Of a DNA stretch of 64,000 nt, positions 1 through 8,498 are shown piece by piece. Position 1 is the stretch's first letter. Each line of letters opens with the position of its first letter. The translations under genes and the position numbers were made by a program. Source of the DNA: an archaeon (GTDB taxonomy: Archaea > Nanobdellota > Nanobdellia > Woesearchaeales > GW2011-AR15); NCBI GenBank assembly GCA_018671515.1, contig JABHHN010000062.1:13746-77745 (forward strand), in the 5' to 3' direction. The notes under the pieces were generated by a model. That model saw only the letters and a list, made by a program, of their open reading frames with translations. It was not told the DNA's origin and searched no databases.

Positions 1-18
1 CATATTTTCTTTTTTCAT
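1..18 (-). CDS. 5' start of a gene running off the window edge (MKKENM...)
   Basis: ATG at 18-16 on the minus strand, preceded by an AGGTGAG SD-like motif at about 22-28. Confidence 0.5.
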
Positions 19-257
19 AAACTCACCTTATACTATTTTTGTATTTAAATATTATAAATCTTTTCAAATATTGAATTAATTTTTACATGTAAAAGTAAAA
101 AAATCAAATATTTGATTTATCACATAAACAATATAGATTAATACGTCTATCATTATTAAAAAATGAATTTTATCACCTCGATCACCACTAAATAATGATA
201 ATTAATCAAAATATTTATAAATATCTTATTTATAACTACTTATAAATAGTTAAAAAT

Positions 258-1142
258 ATGAAAATGAATTTTCAAAAATTAGAGAATGGGGAAATTTTAA
301 CAGATGTTGACCACATCTTAGACATTATTAAAAAAAAAGGTAAAATTTCCGTACAAGAACTTGGAAGAAAACTTAATAGATCTACTGATTGCATAGAAAT
401 ATTGGTCGAAGTTTTAGAAGAAAATAACCTTATTGAAAAACATTTTACTTTAAATAAAATATTTTATACAATAAAAGATGAAAAGAAAAAAAATACTGTT
501 TCAAATAAAAGTGTTAAAGATGTAGTAAAATATACAAAACTTAAAATAAATTCTATAAAAAATAATCAAAATACTATTATCAAATTAAAAGAAGTTGAAA
601 AAAGATTTAAAACCTTTGAAAAAAAAATAGATAAGAAAATAATAGAACTAAAAAAATATGATAAAAAAATATCTTCTTCATTAAAAAAACATCAAAAATT
701 GTCTAAATATGCTATTGATTTTGAAAAAAGAAATAAAAAAATATCAAGGGAACTTAAAATTATCAATAATATAAATGATAAACAAAAAATAGAATTCAAA
801 AAAAGGATAAATACTATAATCCATATTTTAAAACATAAATCTGTGAATAAAAAAGAAATATCTCAAAATAACCATGATTTGATTATGATTATGAATGAAA
901 AAGAAAATATAAAAAATATTTCAAAATCTATAAGAGACGCAATAAAAAAAATGGATCTAAGATCTAAAAGACTTTTAAAAAATATTGAAAAAGTATCTGG
1001 AAAAAGAAATTTTGAATCAGAATATATGAAAATTGATAATGAAATGGATTCATTAAATCTAATATTTAAAAATAGTATAATGGACGTATCATCATTTGGA
1101 GAAGAATCTTATAAAAATGAAACCAAGCCAATTAGATTATGA
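258..1142 (+). CDS. hypothetical protein, N-terminal winged-helix-like region plus coiled coil
   Basis: TDVDHILDII..KISVQELGRKL...IEILVEVLEENNLI resembles wHTH; Lys-rich heptad tail; TATA-like tttataaa upstream. Confidence 0.55.
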   Translation: MKMNFQKLENGEILTDVDHILDIIKKKGKISVQELGRKLNRSTDCIEILVEVLEENNLIEKHFTLNKIFYTIKDEKKKNTVSNKSVKDVVKYTKLKINSIKNNQNTIIKLKEVEKRFKTFEKKIDKKIIELKKYDKKISSSLKKHQKLSKYAIDFEKRNKKISRELKIINNINDKQKIEFKKRINTIIHILKHKSVNKKEISQNNHDLIMIMNEKENIKNISKSIRDAIKKMDLRSKRLLKNIEKVSGKRNFESEYMKIDNEMDSLNLIFKNSIMDVSSFGEESYKNETKPIRL

Positions 1143-1587
1143 TTTATATAAACAAATTAAAAAAAAAGACTTAAAAAAAATCAGTCTTAAGTATTTAACA
1201 CTTCTTTTCATTATATCTTTTTCACTTACCTCTTTATTATTTATTTCAAAAAACCAACCAAGCATAACAGGAAAGGTAATAAGTGATAGTAATATAATAA
1301 AAAAATGTAGCACTTTAAATTCAATTTTCAGTAATGATTTAGTTTGTGGAATTACAGATAATAACTACCTTCAAATAAAAAATACAAAAATGAATGGAGC
1401 TAAATTAAAAATAAATAAAATTACATTAGATTCATGCATAGTTGAAACAGATGTAATTCTTTCTCCATATAGAATTAAAAATATAAATATTGAGAATTGT
1501 AAAACTGATTTACAAACAAATATTCAAATCGATTATACGAATTTAGACACAGGAATGAATCATTTAATTTCTGGAATAATAATCTAA
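1096..1587 (+). CDS. membrane-anchored hypothetical protein
   Basis: One TM segment followed by an ITGKVI motif; start uncertain. Confidence 0.5.
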   Translation: MEKNLIKMKPSQLDYDLYKQIKKKDLKKISLKYLTLLFIISFSLTSLLFISKNQPSITGKVISDSNIIKKCSTLNSIFSNDLVCGITDNNYLQIKNTKMNGAKLKINKITLDSCIVETDVILSPYRIKNINIENCKTDLQTNIQIDYTNLDTGMNHLISGIII

Positions 1588-1618
1588 TTTTTATAGAAAT
1601 TAATTTTTTCTTTTTATT

Positions 1619-2284
1619 ATGGAATTAAGTGAAATAGAAAAAGACATTCATCCAAATTTATATTCTAAACTAATAAAAGACATAAAAACATTAAGACCAT
1701 CACAGGAAAAATCCATTAATTCAGGACTAATTGACAATAATAATTTACTTGTATGTACACCTACTGCTTCTGGAAAAACTCTTGTTGCTGAAATTGCAAT
1801 GCTTAGTCACATATATAATAATAAAGGAAAAGCAATTTATATTGTTCCTCTAAAAGCACTTGCAAGTGAAAAATATGAAGAATTCAAAATTAAATATCAT
1901 GATATAAAAGTAGGCATTTCAATTGGAGATATTGATTCAAGTGATAGATATTTAGAAAAATGTGATTTAATAGTAACTGTTGCAGAAAAACTTGACTCAC
2001 TTATAAGACACAAAGCAATATGGCTTACCAATATATCTTGTATTGTAATCGATGAAATTCATCTTCTAAATGACACATCAAGAGGACCTACACTTGAAAT
2101 ATTAATTACTATCTTAAGAAAAATTGTCAAAAATGCACAAATAATTGGACTCTCAGCAACTATTGGAAACCCTGATGTTCTTGCAGGATGGCTAAAAGCT
2201 AAATTAGTAATCGATGATTGGAGACCAGTAAAACTTCGTAAAGGAATATTTCATGATGGAGAAATTGAATTTTATGATGATTAA
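1619..2284 (+). CDS. Hel308/Ski2-like SF2 helicase, N-terminal RecA domain only
   Basis: Q motif LRPSQ, Walker A PTASGKT, motif Ia VPLKALA, DEIH, motif III SAT; ends after WRPV with no HelicC domain. Confidence 0.85.
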   Translation: MELSEIEKDIHPNLYSKLIKDIKTLRPSQEKSINSGLIDNNNLLVCTPTASGKTLVAEIAMLSHIYNNKGKAIYIVPLKALASEKYEEFKIKYHDIKVGISIGDIDSSDRYLEKCDLIVTVAEKLDSLIRHKAIWLTNISCIVIDEIHLLNDTSRGPTLEILITILRKIVKNAQIIGLSATIGNPDVLAGWLKAKLVIDDWRPVKLRKGIFHDGEIEFYDD

Positions 2285-3519
2285 TGCATACGTTTTCGTC
2301 TTTTTTCTATAACTTTAATACCTAAACCTTTAAAATATCCTTTTTCAATTATAAATATTAAAATAGTACTTATCAAAATACTAAAAAAGATTATTGATAA
2401 AACTATAGTTGAATATTTTTCACCATATGGAAGACCCGCTTGAGCAGGTATTTGAGCAAGAACTGCAGCAGCAAGACCTTTTGGTGCAAGTGCCTCCATA
2501 AATGCCCTATCTTTATCTAAAATATGTGTTTTAACAGTTATTAATACAACAAAAGGCCTTATAATAAATATTATTAATGTCAATAAAAATCCAAGAAGAA
2601 TACCCCCCAAATCATTAAAATTCATCAATAATCCTAAATACACAAAAAAGAATGATTTTACAAAAAATGAAATTTCTGAATAAAAAAATTTTTGTGAATG
2701 TGACATAGAAGCAGTATTGTCTTTTTCTACCATATACATAATCTTCTTTGAATTTCCTAATATAAGACCAAATGCAAGACATGCTATAGCTCCATTTTGA
2801 TCCATGTATTCAACAAAACCATACATCAAAAGTAAAAATGCAATTGTTGTCATATATGATTTTGTGAATTTTTCCATCCTCTTCTGAATTTTTATCCACA
2901 TAAATCCACTAAAAAGTCCCAACAATATTGATACTGCAAATTTTATAATTACTTCATTAAAAATTGAATTTATACTAAGTCCACCTGAATCACTTCCAAT
3001 CAAAGTAATAAGTGTAACTGCACCAACAATACATAACACATCACTTATTGCAGATTCAATCGTAAGTATAAGTGAAGAATTTTTGTTCATAGTAATTTTT
3101 TTAGTTATCGGAATTACTACTGCACTTGAACTTCCTCCAACAATTGCACCTAAAAGCAATCCTGAACTAAATTTCCATCTAAAGAAAATAAACATCAATA
3201 TTCCAATAATTACAGTTGTGAAAATGAAATTGACAACAGTCAAATTTACTCCTTTGAAAAATTGTGTAATAAGCTGTTTTATATTTATTGACAAAGCACC
3301 TTCAAATAATATATATATCAATGCAAAAGATGTAAATATTTTTGATACTGCACCAAATGAAGGATTGTTTGCAAGCTGTGGAAAAAATATATTTAATACA
3401 ACTCCAAAAATCATCAACCAAATAATATCAGGAATATTTGTTTTTTCAAATATTATTTCTCCAAAAAAGCCTAAGAAAATGATAATTCCCGCCAATGCAA
3501 ATAATGAAAATACTTCCAA
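2281..3519 (-). CDS. CPA1 family cation/H+ antiporter (NhaP-like)
   Basis: About 12 TM helices; ILFEGAL, ESAISD, FFVYLG, PKGLAAAVLA motifs. Confidence 0.9.
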   Translation of the reverse strand: MEVFSLFALAGIIIFLGFFGEIIFEKTNIPDIIWLMIFGVVLNIFFPQLANNPSFGAVSKIFTSFALIYILFEGALSINIKQLITQFFKGVNLTVVNFIFTTVIIGILMFIFFRWKFSSGLLLGAIVGGSSSAVVIPITKKITMNKNSSLILTIESAISDVLCIVGAVTLITLIGSDSGGLSINSIFNEVIIKFAVSILLGLFSGFMWIKIQKRMEKFTKSYMTTIAFLLLMYGFVEYMDQNGAIACLAFGLILGNSKKIMYMVEKDNTASMSHSQKFFYSEISFFVKSFFFVYLGLLMNFNDLGGILLGFLLTLIIFIIRPFVVLITVKTHILDKDRAFMEALAPKGLAAAVLAQIPAQAGLPYGEKYSTIVLSIIFFSILISTILIFIIEKGYFKGLGIKVIEKRRKRMH

Positions 3520-3589
3520 GTTTAAAGCCCCATATTATAGTATGTAAACAATTGTTGTTTTCCTTTATAAATTTTTAGGAAGAAAAAAA

Positions 3590-3748
3590 TTAATTATTGT
3601 AAAGTCGAGACTAATACCACATACTTAAACTTGTGAATACATACTTGACCAACTCGACTTTGCGAGTTGAAAATTCACAAAAAAGATTTTTACGTAATAC
3701 CTCTCACTTTAGTATGAGAATAACGACAAAATCGTGGATTTTCATTAT
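3590..3748. repeat. dispersed palindromic intergenic element, family A copy 1 (with 49-bp insert)
   Basis: Aligns by eye with the reverse complement of 51771-51880; internal inverted repeats AAAGTCGAG/CTCGACTTT and CAACTCG/CGAGTTG. Confidence 0.9.
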
Positions 3749-3781
3749 TTTTTTATATTAGATTTAATTCATGACAATACT

Positions 3782-4681
3782 ATGAATTTCATTCAAAAAC
3801 AATTATTTAAGGCATCATCAAAACTTTCATCTAAAAACACCATAGTAAGTGTAGAATTAGAAGATGGAAAAATTAGTGATGATGAAAATGATTTAGTTGG
3901 TTATTTTAATGAAATTGAAGGTTTGGAACGAAAAATTCTAGCAGTTAAACATGCTGATTTTTCAGGTTTAAATGACTTTTTTTCAGGAGCTTATGCAATA
4001 TCTAATTATATGTCTGATTCAAATTTTTCTATTTTGGCAACTAAAGAATTAGATTTACCAATAATTGGTAGCCTTTTAAAATATCTTGGATTTGTATTTG
4101 TAAATAGATCTGGTAAAAAAGAAGAGAAGAAAGAAAGTTTAGATCAACTGATTAAAGATATAGATAAAAATTATGTAGTAATTGCACCAAATGGTTCAAG
4201 ATATCCACAAACTCAAAAAATAGGTTTAAGTTTAGCAGAAAAAGCATTACTTATGCAATCATATGTTATTCCTATTGGTATAAAACATTTACCAGAGGAG
4301 GAAAAATATAGTATGCTAGGAAGATTTGATGAAACATTTATTACATTTAAAAAACCTGATGAAACATATATCACATTTGGACAACCGATTAAACCACCAA
4401 ATCCAAAAGATTATATTTGGTATGATGATTATGGTGCTATTGCAGATATTAAAACCTTAAGCAATGATGAAATTATTGAAAATTATCACTTACCTGATTC
4501 TGATACAAACTTACCTGATTCTGATGCAAATTATGAGAAAAACAAGGAAAAAATGTATGAATATGTACAAGATGTTTTAATAAAATCATGTGAATTAAAT
4601 GGAGAAGCAATACCAAAATCAATTTCACGAACCTATGAAGAAGCAGGAAAATTAATAGAACTGAAAAAAACATTAAAATAA
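3782..4681 (+). CDS. PlsC/LPLAT-like acyltransferase with degenerate motifs
   Basis: KHADFSG (HX4D position), LKYLGFVFVNR, APNGSR (FPEGTR equivalent), VIPIGI, ITFGQPI; ATG 3782 preferred over GTG 3734. Confidence 0.65.
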   Translation: MNFIQKQLFKASSKLSSKNTIVSVELEDGKISDDENDLVGYFNEIEGLERKILAVKHADFSGLNDFFSGAYAISNYMSDSNFSILATKELDLPIIGSLLKYLGFVFVNRSGKKEEKKESLDQLIKDIDKNYVVIAPNGSRYPQTQKIGLSLAEKALLMQSYVIPIGIKHLPEEEKYSMLGRFDETFITFKKPDETYITFGQPIKPPNPKDYIWYDDYGAIADIKTLSNDEIIENYHLPDSDTNLPDSDANYEKNKEKMYEYVQDVLIKSCELNGEAIPKSISRTYEEAGKLIELKKTLK

Positions 4682-4696
4682 ATTAAAAAATTAGAA

Positions 4697-6061
4697 TTAA
4701 AACTTAGGCATACCCTTCATGCCACCTGCGCCACCCATCTTTTTCATCATACGTTCCATATTCTTCATGGAACCACCTTTAAACATTTTCATCATTTTCT
4801 TAGACTGTTTATATTGCTTAAGTAAATCTCTTACTTCTTTGATTTCTCTTCCACTTCCTTTATGAATCCTATCAACTCTGTTTCCTGATATGATTGTTGG
4901 GTCTTCAAGTTCTTCTTTAGTCATACTATCCATTACAAATTTCCATGCATCTATTTTTTCCTGCTGGACATCAATTGCTTCTTTTGGCATTTTTATCTGA
5001 CCCATTCCAGGTATTAATTCCATTACTTTTGAGAGCGGTCCCATTTTCTTCATTGCCTGCATCTGATCATATAAATCTATTAAATTAAATTCTCCTTTTA
5101 GAAATCTTTTCCCCATATCTTCTGCATCTTCGTTTGAGATTGCACCTCTTGCCTTTTCAAGTAAGACTTCTAAATCACCCATTCCTAGAATACGAGAGAC
5201 AAAACCTTCTGGATTGAATTCTTCTAAATCATCTATTTTTTCTCCTACTCCTATAAATTTTACTGGTGCATCTGTTACTGAACAAGCAATTAATGCTCCT
5301 CCACCTTTAGCAGTACCATCAAGTTTTGTTATTATGACTCCAGTGACATCACATGACTCATGGAATCCTTGTGCTTGTTTTTCTGCAGCCTGACCAATAT
5401 CACCGCTAAGTGTAAGAAGTGTCTCATCAGGGTTTATTAAAGCATTTATTTTTTTAATTTCAACAACTAATTCATCTGATAATGCATCACGTCCAGCAGT
5501 GTCCACGATTATAAAATCATATTTTTCTAATTCTTCTGCATATTTTTTATATATCTCTTGTGGATCTTTTGATTTTTCATCCCCAAAAACAGGGATATTT
5601 ATTTTATCTCCTAATTGTTTTAATTGTTTAAACGCTGCAGGTCTCCAAGTATCAAGCTGAATCATTGCAACTCTTATTGCTCTTTTCGAAAAATATTTTG
5701 CTAATTTTCCACATGTAGTTGTTTTTCCTGAACCATATAATCCAACAAGCATCAATTTGAACGGTTTTTTATCTATAGAAATCTTTGCTCCTTGCCCACC
5801 TAGGAAATTTACTAATTCTTCATATACAACATTTAAGAGATGCTCTTTTTTTGTAAGTCCTGCAGGTAAATCTTCTTTTAATGTTCTTTCTTTTATTTTA
5901 TTTGTTAGTTCAAATACTAATTTTACATTTACATCTGATGTCAATAATGCTCTTTGTATGTCTTTTATAAGCTCATTTATGAGTTTTTCATCTACAAAGA
6001 TGCTGCTAGTTATCTTATTTAGAGTGTTTTTTAGTGAATCTCCTAGTTTATCAAGTACCAT
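4697..6061 (-). CDS. srp54: signal recognition particle protein SRP54
   Basis: GLYGSGKTTT, DTWRPAA, DTAGR, TKLDGTAKGGG, Met-rich M domain. Confidence 0.98.
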   Translation of the reverse strand: MVLDKLGDSLKNTLNKITSSIFVDEKLINELIKDIQRALLTSDVNVKLVFELTNKIKERTLKEDLPAGLTKKEHLLNVVYEELVNFLGGQGAKISIDKKPFKLMLVGLYGSGKTTTCGKLAKYFSKRAIRVAMIQLDTWRPAAFKQLKQLGDKINIPVFGDEKSKDPQEIYKKYAEELEKYDFIIVDTAGRDALSDELVVEIKKINALINPDETLLTLSGDIGQAAEKQAQGFHESCDVTGVIITKLDGTAKGGGALIACSVTDAPVKFIGVGEKIDDLEEFNPEGFVSRILGMGDLEVLLEKARGAISNEDAEDMGKRFLKGEFNLIDLYDQMQAMKKMGPLSKVMELIPGMGQIKMPKEAIDVQQEKIDAWKFVMDSMTKEELEDPTIISGNRVDRIHKGSGREIKEVRDLLKQYKQSKKMMKMFKGGSMKNMERMMKKMGGAGGMKGMPKF

Positions 6062-6133
6062 TCTAAAAAAGAAGATGATATTATTTTAAAAATCTAGTGG
6101 AAAATCTGAAAAATATGATTAATTATTAATTAA

Positions 6134-7315
6134 TTATGTTTTATAAACAGAAGCTGCGTTTGCAGGTATACAATAATGAGGTGGATCCCATTCTGGCCAT
6201 GGATGAACTATTCCTAATTCCTCTGTGATTTTTATTACTTCAAGAGGCAAATCAATCCAATGAAAAGAATCTAATGATTTAGTAGGATCATTCAAATAAA
6301 GATCTACTGCATATCCTGTTTGATGTTGACTATATCCTGCTTTAGCTGTTGGATAACCTTTTTTTTTATTTTCTATATATAAGTTCCCTTGATCCGAATA
6401 TGATCTATAACCTTGTAAAGCATGTACTGTATAACCTTTCTCTTTTGCTTTTTTAACTAACTCATTTAGAATATGTTCAATATCTGGATGAATTTCTATT
6501 TTATTACTAATACCTTCATTTTCAAATATAGTTTTAGCATTAAGTACTTGATCTTCTCTCCAAGGTGTGTTTATTGGTCCACATCCATAATCCTCAAAAG
6601 TTGAACTTCCTGATGAAATTAGTTGATTTTCATTATTCTCTGCTGCTTCACATTGCTCTGTTGTAAAAACTTCTCCATTGGAATCATCACAATCCTCATT
6701 ATTCAAAGAAAATTTCTGTTGTGCAAAATCTAGCTGTGTTGGTTTATCATCTCCACTACAACACAAATAAATTTCTCCATCTATACCATGACCATCTCCA
6801 TCTGTATCTATATAATATGGACCTTGTGGATTATATCCCGAAAATCCTAAATTCTCACAAAAATCCACTACTTCTGTTTCTGTTTTTGTTGTTGCACTAG
6901 TTATCCAACATTTACCTTCTCCTGTGCTTCCAGTTGGTATTGGTTCAGGTTCTAAAGTTGGTTGTTGTTCTGTTGGTTCTATAGCTACTGGTTCATTAGT
7001 ATTCTCTTTACCTGTAACCCATTGCGTAATTCCACCTACAGTTACTCCTACTGCTGCACATGCTGCAATTACAGGTACCCAAGATATTGCTCCACCAGGA
7101 ACAAATGTAAGTATTCCTGCAATTACTCCTCCTACAACACATCCACCCACTCCTACTCCTATTGTCAAACCACCTATAGCTGAACCAGTAATATCAGCCA
7201 TAGTATTACCTGTAACTTCATTTCTTAGTTTACTATCTTCTGCATATGCAAATATACTATTTAGAATAATCAAGATTCCAAAAATTACAAATATTTTTTG
7301 TTTTGCTTTTTTCAT
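6134..7315 (-). CDS. secreted/membrane protein with glycine-zipper segment, DxDGDG motif and C-terminal M15 Zn-peptidase domain
   Basis: Signal peptide; GxxxG-rich hydrophobic stretch; YIDTDGDGHG...DCDDSN; GYRSYSDQ..LY, SQHQTGYAVD (SxHxxGxAxD), DPPH. Confidence 0.85.
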   Translation of the reverse strand: MKKAKQKIFVIFGILIILNSIFAYAEDSKLRNEVTGNTMADITGSAIGGLTIGVGVGGCVVGGVIAGILTFVPGGAISWVPVIAACAAVGVTVGGITQWVTGKENTNEPVAIEPTEQQPTLEPEPIPTGSTGEGKCWITSATTKTETEVVDFCENLGFSGYNPQGPYYIDTDGDGHGIDGEIYLCCSGDDKPTQLDFAQQKFSLNNEDCDDSNGEVFTTEQCEAAENNENQLISSGSSTFEDYGCGPINTPWREDQVLNAKTIFENEGISNKIEIHPDIEHILNELVKKAKEKGYTVHALQGYRSYSDQGNLYIENKKKGYPTAKAGYSQHQTGYAVDLYLNDPTKSLDSFHWIDLPLEVIKITEELGIVHPWPEWDPPHYCIPANAASVYKT

Positions 7316-7467
7316 ATTTATTTTTTAATTTTTCATTACTATATAAATAAATTATATTTAGTTTAAAGAGTTTTTTATATATATATATTTTTATTCTAAA
7401 GTGGAAAAACAATATAATTTTAAAAATCTAATAGAAAAAATAAGAAAAGATGTAAGTTTTTATGATT

Positions 7468-8472
7468 CTAAGTATCAGTTTCTACAACTGCTGGCGGTTG
7501 TTGTGGTTCAGGCGTAGGTTCTACAGGAACTGGTTGTTCTGTTGATTTTTCTATTGAAACTACTTTTATCGTTAATCCCTCATTAAAATCCCATTGATTA
7601 CCAATAGTTACCCACTTAAAATTAACACCAACTTGTACCTTACATCCATTGACATCATTAACATCTATCAAAGTAACATCATTCCCATCTATAACTTTTA
7701 ATTCACCAATATTAAAAGATTCCGAATTACCACCAATATCCAATATACATCCTGTGATTTCACCTGCATTTTCTGCTGGTTCTTCTATTTCAGATTCTTC
7801 TTCCACTGGTTCTTCTCTTGCAGGTGAATCGTCTTCATCTTCATCATTAAGAGCAAAATGTTGTTGAGCTGCTTCTAATAAACCTGGTTCTTCCGTAAAT
7901 CCACTTCCACAACAAAAAAATATTTCTCCCCCAGTACCTTTACCATCTTTATCCGAATCTACATAATATGGACCTTTAGGATTATATCCTGGAAAACCTT
8001 CATTTTTACAAAAATCAGGTGTATCTGTTTCTGATATATATATTTCTTTAGCAGGCCAACAGAATTTACTACCAGTACTAGTTCCATCAGGTATTTGTTC
8101 TGGTGCTGCAGTTGGTTGTTCATCAGTACTTCCTGAATCATCTACATCAGTAGAAGTATCTCCTTCTCCACCATTCGATTTACTACTAACCCAACCACCT
8201 ATACCTCCTAGGGCTATCGCTGTAATCCATGTTGCTGGAGCTGCTGCGAGTCCCATTAAAAATACACCTAATCCTGTTGCTGCAACAGGAAGAATTAATG
8301 GCAATCCCACTACAACTAATGCCGTTAAAGCTACCGCAGCAACTACGCCCCCAATAACCCAACCCAAAGGAAACTTTTTTCCCTCACTAGTTTCTTCTGC
8401 ATAAGCCACTATTGAATTTAATATAATCAATATACTAAATATTGCAAATAATTTCAGTTTTGTTTTTTTCAT
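7468..8472 (-). CDS. paralog of 6134-7315 with the same N-terminal module and a different, apparently non-catalytic C-terminus
   Basis: Shared signal peptide ILIILNSIxAYAE and DFCxNxGFxGYNPxGPYYxDxDxDGxG..GEIxxCC..AQQxFxLNxED block; ATG 8472 (MKKTK) preferred. Confidence 0.8.
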   Translation of the reverse strand: MKKTKLKLFAIFSILIILNSIVAYAEETSEGKKFPLGWVIGGVVAAVALTALVVVGLPLILPVAATGLGVFLMGLAAAPATWITAIALGGIGGWVSSKSNGGEGDTSTDVDDSGSTDEQPTAAPEQIPDGTSTGSKFCWPAKEIYISETDTPDFCKNEGFPGYNPKGPYYVDSDKDGKGTGGEIFFCCGSGFTEEPGLLEAAQQHFALNDEDEDDSPAREEPVEEESEIEEPAENAGEITGCILDIGGNSESFNIGELKVIDGNDVTLIDVNDVNGCKVQVGVNFKWVTIGNQWDFNEGLTIKVVSIEKSTEQPVPVEPTPEPQQPPAVVETDT

Positions 8473-8498
8473 TCTTATTTTATTTTTTTTAATAATTA

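Noticed and set aside
3734-3781. GTG start of the acyltransferase-like ORF
   Set aside because: It lies inside the family A repeat; ATG 3782 is more plausible.
4490-4530. In-frame 21-bp duplications (LPDSDTN/LPDSDAN; also IIDEDS twice near 11140-11180)
   Set aside because: Ordinary local duplications within coding sequence.
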